Shown piece after piece: positions 8,588-18,601 of a stretch of DNA of 64,000 nt; within the stretch, counting starts at the first letter, position 1, and the number at the start of each line of letters is the position of its first letter. Below the pieces are notes generated by a model that was not told the origin of the DNA, ran no database searches, and was given only the letters and a program-made list of their open reading frames with translations. The position numbers were made by a program, and so were the translations under genes. The stretch lies in sequence record NC_042116.1; one strand, 5' to 3'.

Positions 8588-10408
8588 ATGAATAATGATA
8601 GATTGTATAGTGACATTAATGAATTTTTAAATCAAAGTAATAAAGATCTTCTTAATGAAAATGCTAACAAAGATTCAAAGATGGTGAATACTCATAGGGA
8701 TTTGTTGGCTGGGATTCTGTCGAAGCATTGGGCTGAAGATGAATTATCAGAAGATTTAATACAATGGCATAAAAATGGATATGGTCACATACATGATCTT
8801 GATTATTTTATTAGTCCTTTAACAAATTGTTGTTTAGTAAATTACAGAGATATGTTAGAGAATGGATTTAAGATCGGTAATGCACAAGTGGGGACTCCTA
8901 ATAGTATTGGAGTAGCAAGTACAGTACTAACACAAATAGTACTAGCAGTATCAGCAAGTCAGTACGGTGGTCAAACATTGGCACACATTGATTATGGCTT
9001 AGAACCATATGTTCAGAAGTCCTATGAGAAGCTACAGCAGCTTCAAAAAGAATTTGGGCTATCAGATGAATATGTGGAGAAAACACTTCAGAAAGAGGTA
9101 TATGATGCAATGCAAGCACTTTTGTATCAGGTTAATACTATCACTTCAAGTAATGGACAAACGCCATTTGTCACAATAACTCTTGGTTTAAATCAATCAA
9201 AATTTGGACAAATGATAACTGATTCATATTTAAAAGTCCATGAAAAAGGATTAGGTGTTGATGGGAACACTCCAGTATTTCCTAAAGTGGTTTTCTTTTT
9301 AGAAGATGGTGTTAATTTAAAACCTGAAGATCCTAATTATTTTCTTAAAGAACAAGCAATGAAAACTGCTTCAAAAAGAATTTATCCTGATTTTGTTTCA
9401 GTTCCTTTGAATAAAAAAGTTACTGGTTCAAAAACAATAGCTGTTTCACCAATGGGGTGTAGATCGTTTTTAGGCCAATGGAAAAATGAAGATGATATTG
9501 AACAATATGATGGAAGATTTAATCTTGGAGTAGTATCTATTAATTTACCATTACTTGCTCTTGAATCCGAATCAGATGGTGACTTTTTTGGTAAGATAGA
9601 TCATCACATGAATATGGCATATAGAGCACAGATGAACCGTGTAGAACGTCTTAAAAAGATGAAAGCACGTCAGAATCCAACTATGTTTATGGAAGGTGCC
9701 ATAGCACGTTTAGGAGCAGATGAGACTATTGATAAATTATTTTATGATGGGTATGCAAGTATTAGTATTGGATTTGTTGGGTTAGCAGAATGTTCTGAAA
9801 TCATTAAAGGACACTTGAATAAAGATTATTGTAAATCAATTTTACATTATATGAAGTATAAATGTGAACAATTTAAAAAGGATAGTACTATATCATTTAG
9901 TTTATATGGAACACCAGCAGAAAGTTTATGTTATAAATTTGCAAAATGTATAGAATTAAAATATCCTAATGTACTTAAACGCGACTTCATTACAAATTCA
10001 TTTCACCAACCAGTATGGATTGAAAGCTCACCATTTAGTAAATGGGATTATGAAGAAAGTTTTGCATATCTAAGTAATGGTGGTAATATAAGTTATGTAG
10101 AAACTCCAAATCTTGCAAATAACATTAAAGCGTTAGAAACTTTAATTGATTATGCATATGATAGAATTCCATATTTTGGTATTAACCAACCAGTTGATAA
10201 ATGTTATAAATGCGGTTTTGAAGGTGAATTTGCTGTAGATAAAATTGGTTTCCATTGTCCTGAATGTGATAATAGAGAAGAAGGTACTATGTCAGTAATT
10301 AGACGAGTATCAGGTTATCTAAGTGCACCTAATAGTAGAGCGTTCAATACTGGAAAACAACAAGAAGTTATTCAGAGAGTAAAACATGAAAGACAATCGA
10401 AAGAATGA
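8588..10408 (+). CDS. nrdD: anaerobic ribonucleoside-triphosphate reductase, class III large subunit
   Basis: HIHDLDY, TNCCL, MGCRSFL, C-terminal CYKC/CPEC zinc site and RRVSGYL glycyl-radical loop. Confidence 0.97.
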   Translation: MNNDRLYSDINEFLNQSNKDLLNENANKDSKMVNTHRDLLAGILSKHWAEDELSEDLIQWHKNGYGHIHDLDYFISPLTNCCLVNYRDMLENGFKIGNAQVGTPNSIGVASTVLTQIVLAVSASQYGGQTLAHIDYGLEPYVQKSYEKLQQLQKEFGLSDEYVEKTLQKEVYDAMQALLYQVNTITSSNGQTPFVTITLGLNQSKFGQMITDSYLKVHEKGLGVDGNTPVFPKVVFFLEDGVNLKPEDPNYFLKEQAMKTASKRIYPDFVSVPLNKKVTGSKTIAVSPMGCRSFLGQWKNEDDIEQYDGRFNLGVVSINLPLLALESESDGDFFGKIDHHMNMAYRAQMNRVERLKKMKARQNPTMFMEGAIARLGADETIDKLFYDGYASISIGFVGLAECSEIIKGHLNKDYCKSILHYMKYKCEQFKKDSTISFSLYGTPAESLCYKFAKCIELKYPNVLKRDFITNSFHQPVWIESSPFSKWDYEESFAYLSNGGNISYVETPNLANNIKALETLIDYAYDRIPYFGINQPVDKCYKCGFEGEFAVDKIGFHCPECDNREEGTMSVIRRVSGYLSAPNSRAFNTGKQQEVIQRVKHERQSKE

Positions 10409-10802
10409 AACTTGTTATCGTAGATGGGTGTTCGATAAGCCTAAAAACGGTAAGAAAAGAGAAAAAACATATTTTCCAAAGGGCAAGAAAATGCCCTTAA
10501 AAAAAGCATTTGATATTGTAGTGCAAGGATTACTTGCAGGAAAAGGTTTACATCCATCCGTTGATTATATCTGGTACGCAGAGAAAATTTCAGCAGAATG
10601 TAATGTTCATGTTGATTTAGTTCGTCAAGTACTACATAAATTAAATCTAGAGGGATGTTGCTCTAAAAGAATACTGTGGGATGCTAGAGGTGGAATGTTC
10701 GCTATGCATACACGGTTAGATTGGGGTGACGCAGTAGTTCTGTGGGAAGCTAAACAATATAGTGTTTATATGAATAAATTACAAGAAAAATATGGAGAAT
10801 AA
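10386..10802 (+). CDS. hypothetical protein (possible winged helix)
   Basis: 138-aa ORF overlapping the nrdD stop. Confidence 0.6.
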   Translation: MKDNRKNETCYRRWVFDKPKNGKKREKTYFPKGKKMPLKKAFDIVVQGLLAGKGLHPSVDYIWYAEKISAECNVHVDLVRQVLHKLNLEGCCSKRILWDARGGMFAMHTRLDWGDAVVLWEAKQYSVYMNKLQEKYGE

Positions 10803-10803
10803 A

Positions 10804-11166
10804 ATGACAATTAAATCAATTCAAATTATGAGTGGTGAACATGAAGGTACTATTATTATTCATAATGAAAGTACCGCACGTATTATTGTATCAAAAACAT
10901 TAGAAGAAGATTCTGAGGTTTCAATGGAACAATTTTTGAATGAATCATCTCGTGAAGTACTAATTGAATCACCTGCTGCTATTGAGGGTGGTCAACATTT
11001 AAACGTTAATGTATTAACACGTGAGCAATTGGAAGATGCACAAGCTAATCCAGAAAAATATCCACAATTAACAATTCGTGTTTCGGGATACGCTGTAAGA
11101 TTTAATTCATTAACAAAAGAACAACAAGATGATGTAATTTCAAGAACTTTTACTACTAAGGTATAA
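10804..11166 (+). CDS. grcA: autonomous glycyl radical cofactor
   Basis: [10 protein letters not shown]...[32 protein letters not shown]. Start moved to ATG 10804, after GGAG. Confidence 0.93.
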   Translation: MTIKSIQIMSGEHEGTIIIHNESTARIIVSKTLEEDSEVSMEQFLNESSREVLIESPAAIEGGQHLNVNVLTREQLEDAQANPEKYPQLTIRVSGYAVRFNSLTKEQQDDVISRTFTTKV

Positions 11167-11170
11167 TTAT

Positions 11171-11617
11171 ATGATTCACGATAAGGTTAATACGTTATGG
11201 GGTCTTCGTTTTAATGATTCAGAATTACTTGGGTATCTTCCAGTATTCGATGAAGATCATAAAGCTATTTCTTATTATTCATGTGAGAATATGCATCCTG
11301 AATATGAATATCGTCGAGTAGTGCCATGCTATCAGTACAAAGTATCTGAAGATTGGACTGCTGCTGAAGAAGATTTCTTTATGCAAGAGCACTTACCCAA
11401 AAAGTCTCGTGGATATTTAGTACTTCAACATGAAATTTATCGTGATGATTATATTAAGAACTTTCAAGATAACAAATATGTTGTAATTTTTGTTGGTTGT
11501 GATGATGGTGATAAGGTAATGCGTTTCAAAGATAGAGATTCTGCAATCAATTTTTTGGAAAGCATTACTTATTATGATGAAATCTTTGATGATATGCGAC
11601 TAATGAGTAATAACTAA
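11171..11617 (+). CDS. hypothetical protein
   Basis: 148-aa ORF. Confidence 0.65.
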   Translation: MIHDKVNTLWGLRFNDSELLGYLPVFDEDHKAISYYSCENMHPEYEYRRVVPCYQYKVSEDWTAAEEDFFMQEHLPKKSRGYLVLQHEIYRDDYIKNFQDNKYVVIFVGCDDGDKVMRFKDRDSAINFLESITYYDEIFDDMRLMSNN

Positions 11618-11638
11618 TATATTGTTCAAGGATGAAAA

Positions 11639-12382
11639 ATGGCAAAATTAACAAAGCAAGAAATTGCTGACCATAATAAAATATTAGATTTAATTAATTC
11701 GGATAAACCATTAACCTTTGAAGAAAAATGGTTTATTCTTGAGAATTATCACGAAGGGGCTACTAATATAAATTCTGCGGCTGGGGCATTTTTTACACCA
11801 ATTTATTACTCCAGAGATTTTTGTTTAGAAGTATGGGGAAATACAGTAATTGATATGTGTGCAGGTATAGGTTCATTGTCATTCATGGTAGCTAACAAAT
11901 ACTGTCCTGATGATATACCAAAACAAATTGTATGTGTAGAATTAAATCCAGAATATGCAGCAATTGGAAAACGAATTGTACCAGAAGCTGATTGGATTAT
12001 TGGTGATGTACTATCGTATAATTCTCCTATTATATTCGACCAAAGTATAAGCAATCCGCCATTTGGTAAAATTAAAACATCTGATGTTTCCAATCTTCTA
12101 TACAAAGGTGCAGAATTTGAATTTAAAGTAGTATCTAAAGCATCGACACTTTCAAAATATGGTACTTTCATTTTACCACAAATGAGTGCTGGATTTAAAT
12201 ATTCAGGGAATCGTTATTATGAACGTTCAGAAAGTACTAAGTATTCTAAATTCAAAGAACAAACTGGAATTGAATTACAACCAGGTATTGGAATAGATTC
12301 ATCAATGTTCAAAAATGATTGGAAAGGTGTGAATATAATTACTGAAGTATGTATTGCAGATTTTTGTGGTGTATTATTATGA
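11639..12382 (+). CDS. N6-adenine DNA methyltransferase (gamma-type motif order)
   Basis: GAFFTP, VIDMCAGIGSL (motif I) preceding ISNPPFG (motif IV). Confidence 0.8.
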   Translation: MAKLTKQEIADHNKILDLINSDKPLTFEEKWFILENYHEGATNINSAAGAFFTPIYYSRDFCLEVWGNTVIDMCAGIGSLSFMVANKYCPDDIPKQIVCVELNPEYAAIGKRIVPEADWIIGDVLSYNSPIIFDQSISNPPFGKIKTSDVSNLLYKGAEFEFKVVSKASTLSKYGTFILPQMSAGFKYSGNRYYERSESTKYSKFKEQTGIELQPGIGIDSSMFKNDWKGVNIITEVCIADFCGVLL

Positions 12383-12852
12383 ATTATCAAACTATAGTTA
12401 AAGATGACTTAATTAATGGAACTGGAGTTCGTGTTAGTTTATATGTAAGTGGTTGTTCACATGGATGCGTTGGATGTTTTAATGAATCTGCATGGGATTA
12501 TAGGTCTGGAACAGTATTTGGTTCAGAACAAATAGAAACAATACGTACTGAATTATCAAAATCATATATTGAAGGATTAACTTTATTAGGTGGTGATCCG
12601 TTGATGCCAAAAAATATCGATACAGTACTGGATTTGTGTAAATTGATGAAAGAAGAATTTCCAGATAAAAATATTTGGTGCTGGACAGGTTATACATTAG
12701 AAGAAGTTAAAAATAATCATGCAAATGATATTTTGAAATATATAGATGTATTAGTTGATGGTAAATTTGTAGAAGAATTAAAGAATCTTAAATTACCATT
12801 TCGTGGTTCTGAAAATCAAAGAATACTTATTAAAGGTAAAGATTATGAGTAA
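12379..12852 (+). CDS. nrdG: anaerobic RNR activating radical SAM enzyme
   Basis: MNYQTIVKDDLINGTGVR, CSHGCVGC cluster motif, LPFRGSENQR. Start moved to 12379. Confidence 0.95.
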   Translation: MNYQTIVKDDLINGTGVRVSLYVSGCSHGCVGCFNESAWDYRSGTVFGSEQIETIRTELSKSYIEGLTLLGGDPLMPKNIDTVLDLCKLMKEEFPDKNIWCWTGYTLEEVKNNHANDILKYIDVLVDGKFVEELKNLKLPFRGSENQRILIKGKDYE

Positions 12853-13018
12853 TATTATATTTGAAAAGAGCTATGTTGGAAATACAATTGAATCATTTGA
12901 TTCATTTGATATTTTAAATAATGATGATATTATCACTGATATATTTGGTGATGCACATGGTACATTTATTGTTACAGTAACATATATACCACCTGACTAT
13001 GATCCAAATGATGAATAA
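12845..13018 (+). CDS. small acidic hypothetical protein
   Basis: 57 aa from ATG 12845 overlapping the nrdG stop. Confidence 0.55.
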   Translation: MSNIIFEKSYVGNTIESFDSFDILNNDDIITDIFGDAHGTFIVTVTYIPPDYDPNDE

Positions 13019-13040
13019 GCACCCTATGGGTGCTTTTTTT
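13017..13040 (+). terminator. rho-independent terminator
   Basis: AAGCACCC-TAT-GGGTGCTT followed by T-tract. Confidence 0.85.
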
Positions 13041-13042
13041 GT

Positions 13043-13096
13043 TTATACCCTTAATAAATACAACAATGAATATCTTAAATTTATAAGGGTTTATAA
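13043..13096 (+). promoter_or_regulatory. late promoter (ATAAATA) in the loop of an RBS-occluding stem
   Basis: TTATACCCTTA (13043-53) pairs with TAAGGG-TT-TATAA (13084-96); ATAAATA at 13054-60. Confidence 0.55.
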
Positions 13097-15882
13097 TGAG
13101 CAAGAAAGTTATAGGAAATTTAAACATAGCAGGAACTAAATTAACTGCTGGAAATAAAAATGTAGTTCGTTCTATTGACGGAACACATTTAGCTGATTCC
13201 AATGGGAATATTGAAATTGATTTTTATACCAAAGATGAATTGGACGAACGTTTAAGTATTCTTCCAATTTCAAGATATGGTTCATTAAATTATCTACCTG
13301 TTGGAACTAATGGTGGTGCTGAAGGTGCAAATGGTGGTTCATTTCAAGGTGCATCTGATGTGGGTCTATTTAGATATAGAGCATTAATGCTTGAAAATAA
13401 TGGCACTTTAGTACTGTTAAGAAATGGAACTAATGGTGCAAAACGTGGTGTTTATTACAGCTATTTGCTGAATGGTAATACTACAACTGATTTTAGTAAT
13501 ACAATAAACACAATTAAACAATATAAACCAAGTTACTTTGGTTCCACGTATGAAAGTTATAATATTTTTGGGTCAGATAATAAAGTACTATTCGGAACTT
13601 TGAATAGAATTTCAGATTCAAATAAGTCAAATTATTTTTTAAGTATTACTAATAGTACTTTTGATGATACTAAACACGTAGGTGTTGTAATACCATCAAC
13701 TTCTTTTACAACTACACCAATTCATACTTTTATGGGTAATAGTAAAATTTATTTCATGGTTGATGAATATGCTGCTCAAACTGGTTTAGGTCGTATTCAA
13801 TATTCAATATATAGCATATTGATAAGTGATGTTAGAACTGGAAGCATTGCATCATTATCAAAAATTAATACATGGAATAGTACTGGATTTTATAATAAAG
13901 CGTTTTCAAATAATTCAATAACAATGTATTCTGAAAATTCGTTGACAAGTACAAATCCTGCTAGTAATCCGTTTACTGTTCTTGCAAACAATATTACACG
14001 GTTTTATCCCGCACAGGGTGGCCCAGCAGATGTTATTGCTTATCAAGATCAAAGTACTGGATTAATTAGAATTCAATTAAATTTTGATGCATGGGGATAT
14101 GGAACATATAATGGAGATATAATGTACTGTAGACCACAGTTATCATTTAGTTTTGTTATAAATGAAACTGCAAAAACCGCCGTTTTAGATTCTGATTTTA
14201 GAACTGGACCTGCATGTACTGTTAATAATAATTTAACATATAGTGGTAATGCTGTAATATTTGATCCTACATATACATTAAAATCAACTCCTACTAGCGA
14301 AAGACGTGGTAACTTAAGAGCTTCATATTTTATAAATTCAATTGGTGAAGTGTATGGAATTTTTACACAAAATACTGGTGGAGCTGCACAAACAATAGTT
14401 AGAGGAAAATATAGTACTACCAATATATATGAAGCATTAAATCCTAGAAAATATAATACTAGTGATGTAGTAGCTGGAATATATAATGGTTCATATGGCT
14501 CAGCAGTTGGTTCTAGTTTAATTGGATTTGAATTATATCCAAATAATCATTTCAAAGTTAATACTTTGAATAAGGGACCAAAATATGATGTTGCATATTG
14601 CAAATATACTCCATCACCAACCTATAATTATCTTTCTATTTCTAGAGGGACAGTTTTAGGATTAGGACCAACACCAGATCGTGTATTGATTACGGATCGT
14701 ACAGAAATTAAAAATATATCAAATGTGAATTCATATATTGATTCTAGTGGAAATGTTACAACCTATGGTGGTATTTTAATTGAAGATATAAAAACTGATA
14801 CATATTTTCAATTTAACCAAAATGCTGAAGGTACTGGTACAATATCAGTAGATAATAATATATTGAAAGTATTATCTACCGCTATGTATAATTATCATAA
14901 TACAAATACTACTCCATTAAATCCAAATCCTATACACAGAAAAACTGTATTATGTGTTTCACAAAAAGCAGATATTCCTTCATTTATAATGACAACCATG
15001 ATTGCAACTGATATGAATGCATTTGTTGGTATTTCTGAAGTGTCTGTTAATACTACAAATGGTACAATAACTAATGTAACTATTACAAAAAATGTAAGCT
15101 ATTGGAAATCCCAAGGTGGTGATATTATCAACGTAATGGGGATGGATTATCCAAGTACTTCTGGTGGATTTACATTTTATGAAGGTTCTGATTTTTGGTT
15201 TATTGGTTGTCAACATCCGTTATTTTGGGGTACAATTGGTTCGGCATATGGAATTGGAATGAGAATGATAGTACCGAAAAGTACTAAAACATTAACATCA
15301 ATTGTTTATACAACAACATCACCATTCCCTGAAGGATATGTTAATGTTTATTACTATACAGCTATACCCAATGTTGGATTTGGACAAATTAATGCAACAT
15401 ACAACTATAATGATGATAATTGTAGAATATTTTTCCAAAATGTAGGGACAACTTTAGCACAATATAATGATTGGACTCCTAATAGTACTCCAATATTAAT
15501 AGCATCACAAGATGTAGCTGAAGGATATATATTATATTTTACAGAAAAAACTCCAGTACTAATAGCAGGCAAGGTATATAATTTACCAATTACAACTATT
15601 GATTTACATGATATTAAAGCAAACCCAGCCAGTACTACATTTTATGTATATGTAACATTGGATGAGGGATTGATATCATATAATGTAAGTACGAGTCAAA
15701 TTGCTGAATCTTTGACAAATATGTATATAGGAACTTGTACTACAAATAACATACAAATATCATCTATTAATATTATTAAGAGATCAAGATTAGATACTTA
15801 TTCACCTGAGTTGAATGCTAAAGGATCTGCAATACCAGTAAGTTCTGGTCTACCAACACAAAATGGAACTATTACGTGGTAA
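13096..15882 (+). CDS. large virion structural protein, paralog 1 (tail fibre/appendage-like)
   Basis: 928 aa, N/T/S/G-rich. N-terminal VRSIDG...DSNGNI fibre-type motif. Conserved N- and C-termini shared with the next two genes. Late promoter upstream. Confidence 0.65.
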   Translation: MSKKVIGNLNIAGTKLTAGNKNVVRSIDGTHLADSNGNIEIDFYTKDELDERLSILPISRYGSLNYLPVGTNGGAEGANGGSFQGASDVGLFRYRALMLENNGTLVLLRNGTNGAKRGVYYSYLLNGNTTTDFSNTINTIKQYKPSYFGSTYESYNIFGSDNKVLFGTLNRISDSNKSNYFLSITNSTFDDTKHVGVVIPSTSFTTTPIHTFMGNSKIYFMVDEYAAQTGLGRIQYSIYSILISDVRTGSIASLSKINTWNSTGFYNKAFSNNSITMYSENSLTSTNPASNPFTVLANNITRFYPAQGGPADVIAYQDQSTGLIRIQLNFDAWGYGTYNGDIMYCRPQLSFSFVINETAKTAVLDSDFRTGPACTVNNNLTYSGNAVIFDPTYTLKSTPTSERRGNLRASYFINSIGEVYGIFTQNTGGAAQTIVRGKYSTTNIYEALNPRKYNTSDVVAGIYNGSYGSAVGSSLIGFELYPNNHFKVNTLNKGPKYDVAYCKYTPSPTYNYLSISRGTVLGLGPTPDRVLITDRTEIKNISNVNSYIDSSGNVTTYGGILIEDIKTDTYFQFNQNAEGTGTISVDNNILKVLSTAMYNYHNTNTTPLNPNPIHRKTVLCVSQKADIPSFIMTTMIATDMNAFVGISEVSVNTTNGTITNVTITKNVSYWKSQGGDIINVMGMDYPSTSGGFTFYEGSDFWFIGCQHPLFWGTIGSAYGIGMRMIVPKSTKTLTSIVYTTTSPFPEGYVNVYYYTAIPNVGFGQINATYNYNDDNCRIFFQNVGTTLAQYNDWTPNSTPILIASQDVAEGYILYFTEKTPVLIAGKVYNLPITTIDLHDIKANPASTTFYVYVTLDEGLISYNVSTSQIAESLTNMYIGTCTTNNIQISSINIIKRSRLDTYSPELNAKGSAIPVSSGLPTQNGTITW

Positions 15883-15900
15883 TAAAAAGGAATTTAAAAA

Positions 15901-18588
15901 ATGGCACATAAAATAATCGGTAATTTAGAAGTTACCTCTGGTTTAACAGTTAATAATAAAAACGCACTACAATCTGTTAATAGTACTATAAAAAGTAATA
16001 TTAATGGCAATTTGATTATAGATGGCAATATTAAAGATGAAGTTCTTGACATGTTTAGCCAATTTCCAGTATCTAATGTAGGAGACTTAGGTTTCCTACC
16101 ATTGGGAGTTTCTGGATCATATGAAGGGGCAACAAACAACTACGAACAATATATGTACCCAATGCAGTTAGAAGATGATGGTACTCTTACATTTCTTCGT
16201 CCAGGAACAAATGGAAGCTCACAAGGTTTTTATTATGCGTACATAAACAATGCTTTAACAACACAAGACATGACTCCAATAACAACAACAATAAAATACC
16301 ATCCTTCTTTTGTGCCACAAGATAGATATATAAAGTCGTTTGCAACTTCAGATAATTCTATATTCATGGGAAGACTTGATAATAACCAAACATTCTTTTC
16401 TTTCCCAAATGGAACAATGGATCAATCAAAACATACTGGATTCATTACTTCAACAATTGAAGTTCCAGATTACGTGTTTATGGGTAAAACTTATGTGTAC
16501 TTTTTATTAGGTTTAAATTCAGCCGATGGCGATTTAAATGATACATCCCCATTTTCATTTAAATTATCTAGGGTGTTGATTAGTGATTTGAGAGCGGGTA
16601 ATGTAAACTCGTACACCACATTAACAAACTGGACAAGTACTGGAATATATGGAACAACATCAACAAATACCAATATTGTTATGGCTAAAAAATTAGCAGA
16701 TCCAAATTTAGCGAATGAACCATTCTGTCAATATATTGGGAATTTTCGTCGGGTATTAATATTCCATCAATATCGCAGAGGTTCATTTTGGGGAGTCGAG
16801 GATGAAAGTACTGGTAAAATTAGAGTATTTTGTCAGAACTTTATTTTTTCAGAAGTTACTTTTACAAGTAAATCGGAAAGGTGGGCATTTAATTTTGTAA
16901 TAGATGTAGCAAATAAAACGGCAATAGCCGATAGTGATAGTAGGGGATATGTAACAGTAACTAGTCCAGATCAACAAACTGTTGTTTATAATAATCCGAA
17001 CTTATCATTTAGTATGGCAAACATAACTGGTACAAATGAGACATATAGAGGGGCATATAATCAATTGACACTACCATCAGGAATTATATTTGCTACAGAC
17101 TCAACCCACTTTATAAATCAAACGTTTAGTATAGGTCGTGGACAAATATCAAACTTCACGACTGTGTATAATTCATTTATGCGAAGTACTAGAACAATTG
17201 TTAACCGTCTATCACTTTTCGTGCAACCAACGTATGGTTCGGCAATTGGTCAGAATATGGTTGGTGTTCAACCTTTTCCAAACAATAGTTTAGTAGTTAA
17301 TGCTAGGGGTGAAAATAATGGCGTGTCATCTAGTGGTTATGTATTTTCTAAATATGGTTCTGCTGGATACATATACCCATCAATTTCATCAGGAACTATT
17401 TCAGGTTTTGCCCCTCGTCCAGAGCGTAAATTTGTTGGTAATAATCTTCGTCAACTAATTAGTATAGTTGATGCTGCTAAAAATGTTTCCGTTTATGGGT
17501 CATCTTTTTGGGAAGATGGTCGTATATCCAATGCATTGAATTTTTCAGATACAAACCTTGTCGGAACTGGAACACAGTCAATAGAACTTTCAACATTGAT
17601 TGGTTTAAAAACACAAATATTGACAAGTGCTTATGGTAGTATTTGGAATAATACAATAAGTAGCTCAAAAATTATATTATATAGTATTCCAAACACCATT
17701 AATTATTCGTATGCAGTAGTTATGTTTAAGATGACTAATCTGGAATTTCGTTTTATACTAGCAGAAGTTTCACTTTCAATAAGCAACAATGTTATCACAG
17801 CGGCTTCTTTGGGAAGGATTACAAACAATACAATATTGGATACGGATACAAACGTTGAAGTTACTACCAATAATCAACAAGCACAAGGTGGATTAATTAT
17901 ATACGAAGCAGAAGATTTTTATTATATTAATATAGGGATACCATTCAGTTGTGGTGTTGTTGGAACTTCGTTAGAATACGTTGTCCAATGTGCAGTAGAT
18001 AAAACATCCAAAAAGATAATGGAAGCTAGAACCAGAGCCACAAGAACATATGCAGTTTTGGATATAAATTTGAGGCCATATGGTGTAATACCATCACTAG
18101 GTTTCGGATTCTACAAGTACAGTTTATCTGATTATCAAACTAAGTTAGTTTTTGTTCCAGTTGGTAATAATTTAAATGCATATGATTTATGGAATCTTAA
18201 TGGGGTAAATAATGTCATTTTGTCACAAGACGTTTATACTGGATTTATTGTGTACTTTACACAAAATACTCCAGTGTTTATCTCAGGAAAATATAAATTG
18301 TTACCAATTCAATCAATACTTCTCAATGATATAAAATCTAATCCAGCAAATACTACTTTTTATTTGTATGTAAACATGTTAAATGGAAATGCACAATATC
18401 AAATAAGTACTACTGAATTGGCTGAATCATATGAGTGTATATATTTGGGTACTATTGTTACTGACGGAACAAAAATTGCAACAATAAATGTTAGTAAAGT
18501 TTCTCGTATCGATACATATAGACCTTCACGAACTCAAATAGGCTCTGCATTCCCTGTTTCTGATAACTCTGCAACTACTAATTGGTAA
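15901..18588 (+). CDS. large virion structural protein, paralog 2
   Basis: 895 aa; shares KIIGNL, LPLGVSGSYEGA, FLRPGTNG, YGSAIG, SRIDTYRP motifs. Confidence 0.65.
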   Translation: MAHKIIGNLEVTSGLTVNNKNALQSVNSTIKSNINGNLIIDGNIKDEVLDMFSQFPVSNVGDLGFLPLGVSGSYEGATNNYEQYMYPMQLEDDGTLTFLRPGTNGSSQGFYYAYINNALTTQDMTPITTTIKYHPSFVPQDRYIKSFATSDNSIFMGRLDNNQTFFSFPNGTMDQSKHTGFITSTIEVPDYVFMGKTYVYFLLGLNSADGDLNDTSPFSFKLSRVLISDLRAGNVNSYTTLTNWTSTGIYGTTSTNTNIVMAKKLADPNLANEPFCQYIGNFRRVLIFHQYRRGSFWGVEDESTGKIRVFCQNFIFSEVTFTSKSERWAFNFVIDVANKTAIADSDSRGYVTVTSPDQQTVVYNNPNLSFSMANITGTNETYRGAYNQLTLPSGIIFATDSTHFINQTFSIGRGQISNFTTVYNSFMRSTRTIVNRLSLFVQPTYGSAIGQNMVGVQPFPNNSLVVNARGENNGVSSSGYVFSKYGSAGYIYPSISSGTISGFAPRPERKFVGNNLRQLISIVDAAKNVSVYGSSFWEDGRISNALNFSDTNLVGTGTQSIELSTLIGLKTQILTSAYGSIWNNTISSSKIILYSIPNTINYSYAVVMFKMTNLEFRFILAEVSLSISNNVITAASLGRITNNTILDTDTNVEVTTNNQQAQGGLIIYEAEDFYYINIGIPFSCGVVGTSLEYVVQCAVDKTSKKIMEARTRATRTYAVLDINLRPYGVIPSLGFGFYKYSLSDYQTKLVFVPVGNNLNAYDLWNLNGVNNVILSQDVYTGFIVYFTQNTPVFISGKYKLLPIQSILLNDIKSNPANTTFYLYVNMLNGNAQYQISTTELAESYECIYLGTIVTDGTKIATINVSKVSRIDTYRPSRTQIGSAFPVSDNSATTNW

Positions 18589-18601
18589 AAAGGATTTAAC
18601 C

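Noticed and set aside
8588-10408. Intein or intron in nrdD
   Set aside because: The 606-aa length and continuous motifs match an uninterrupted phage NrdD.
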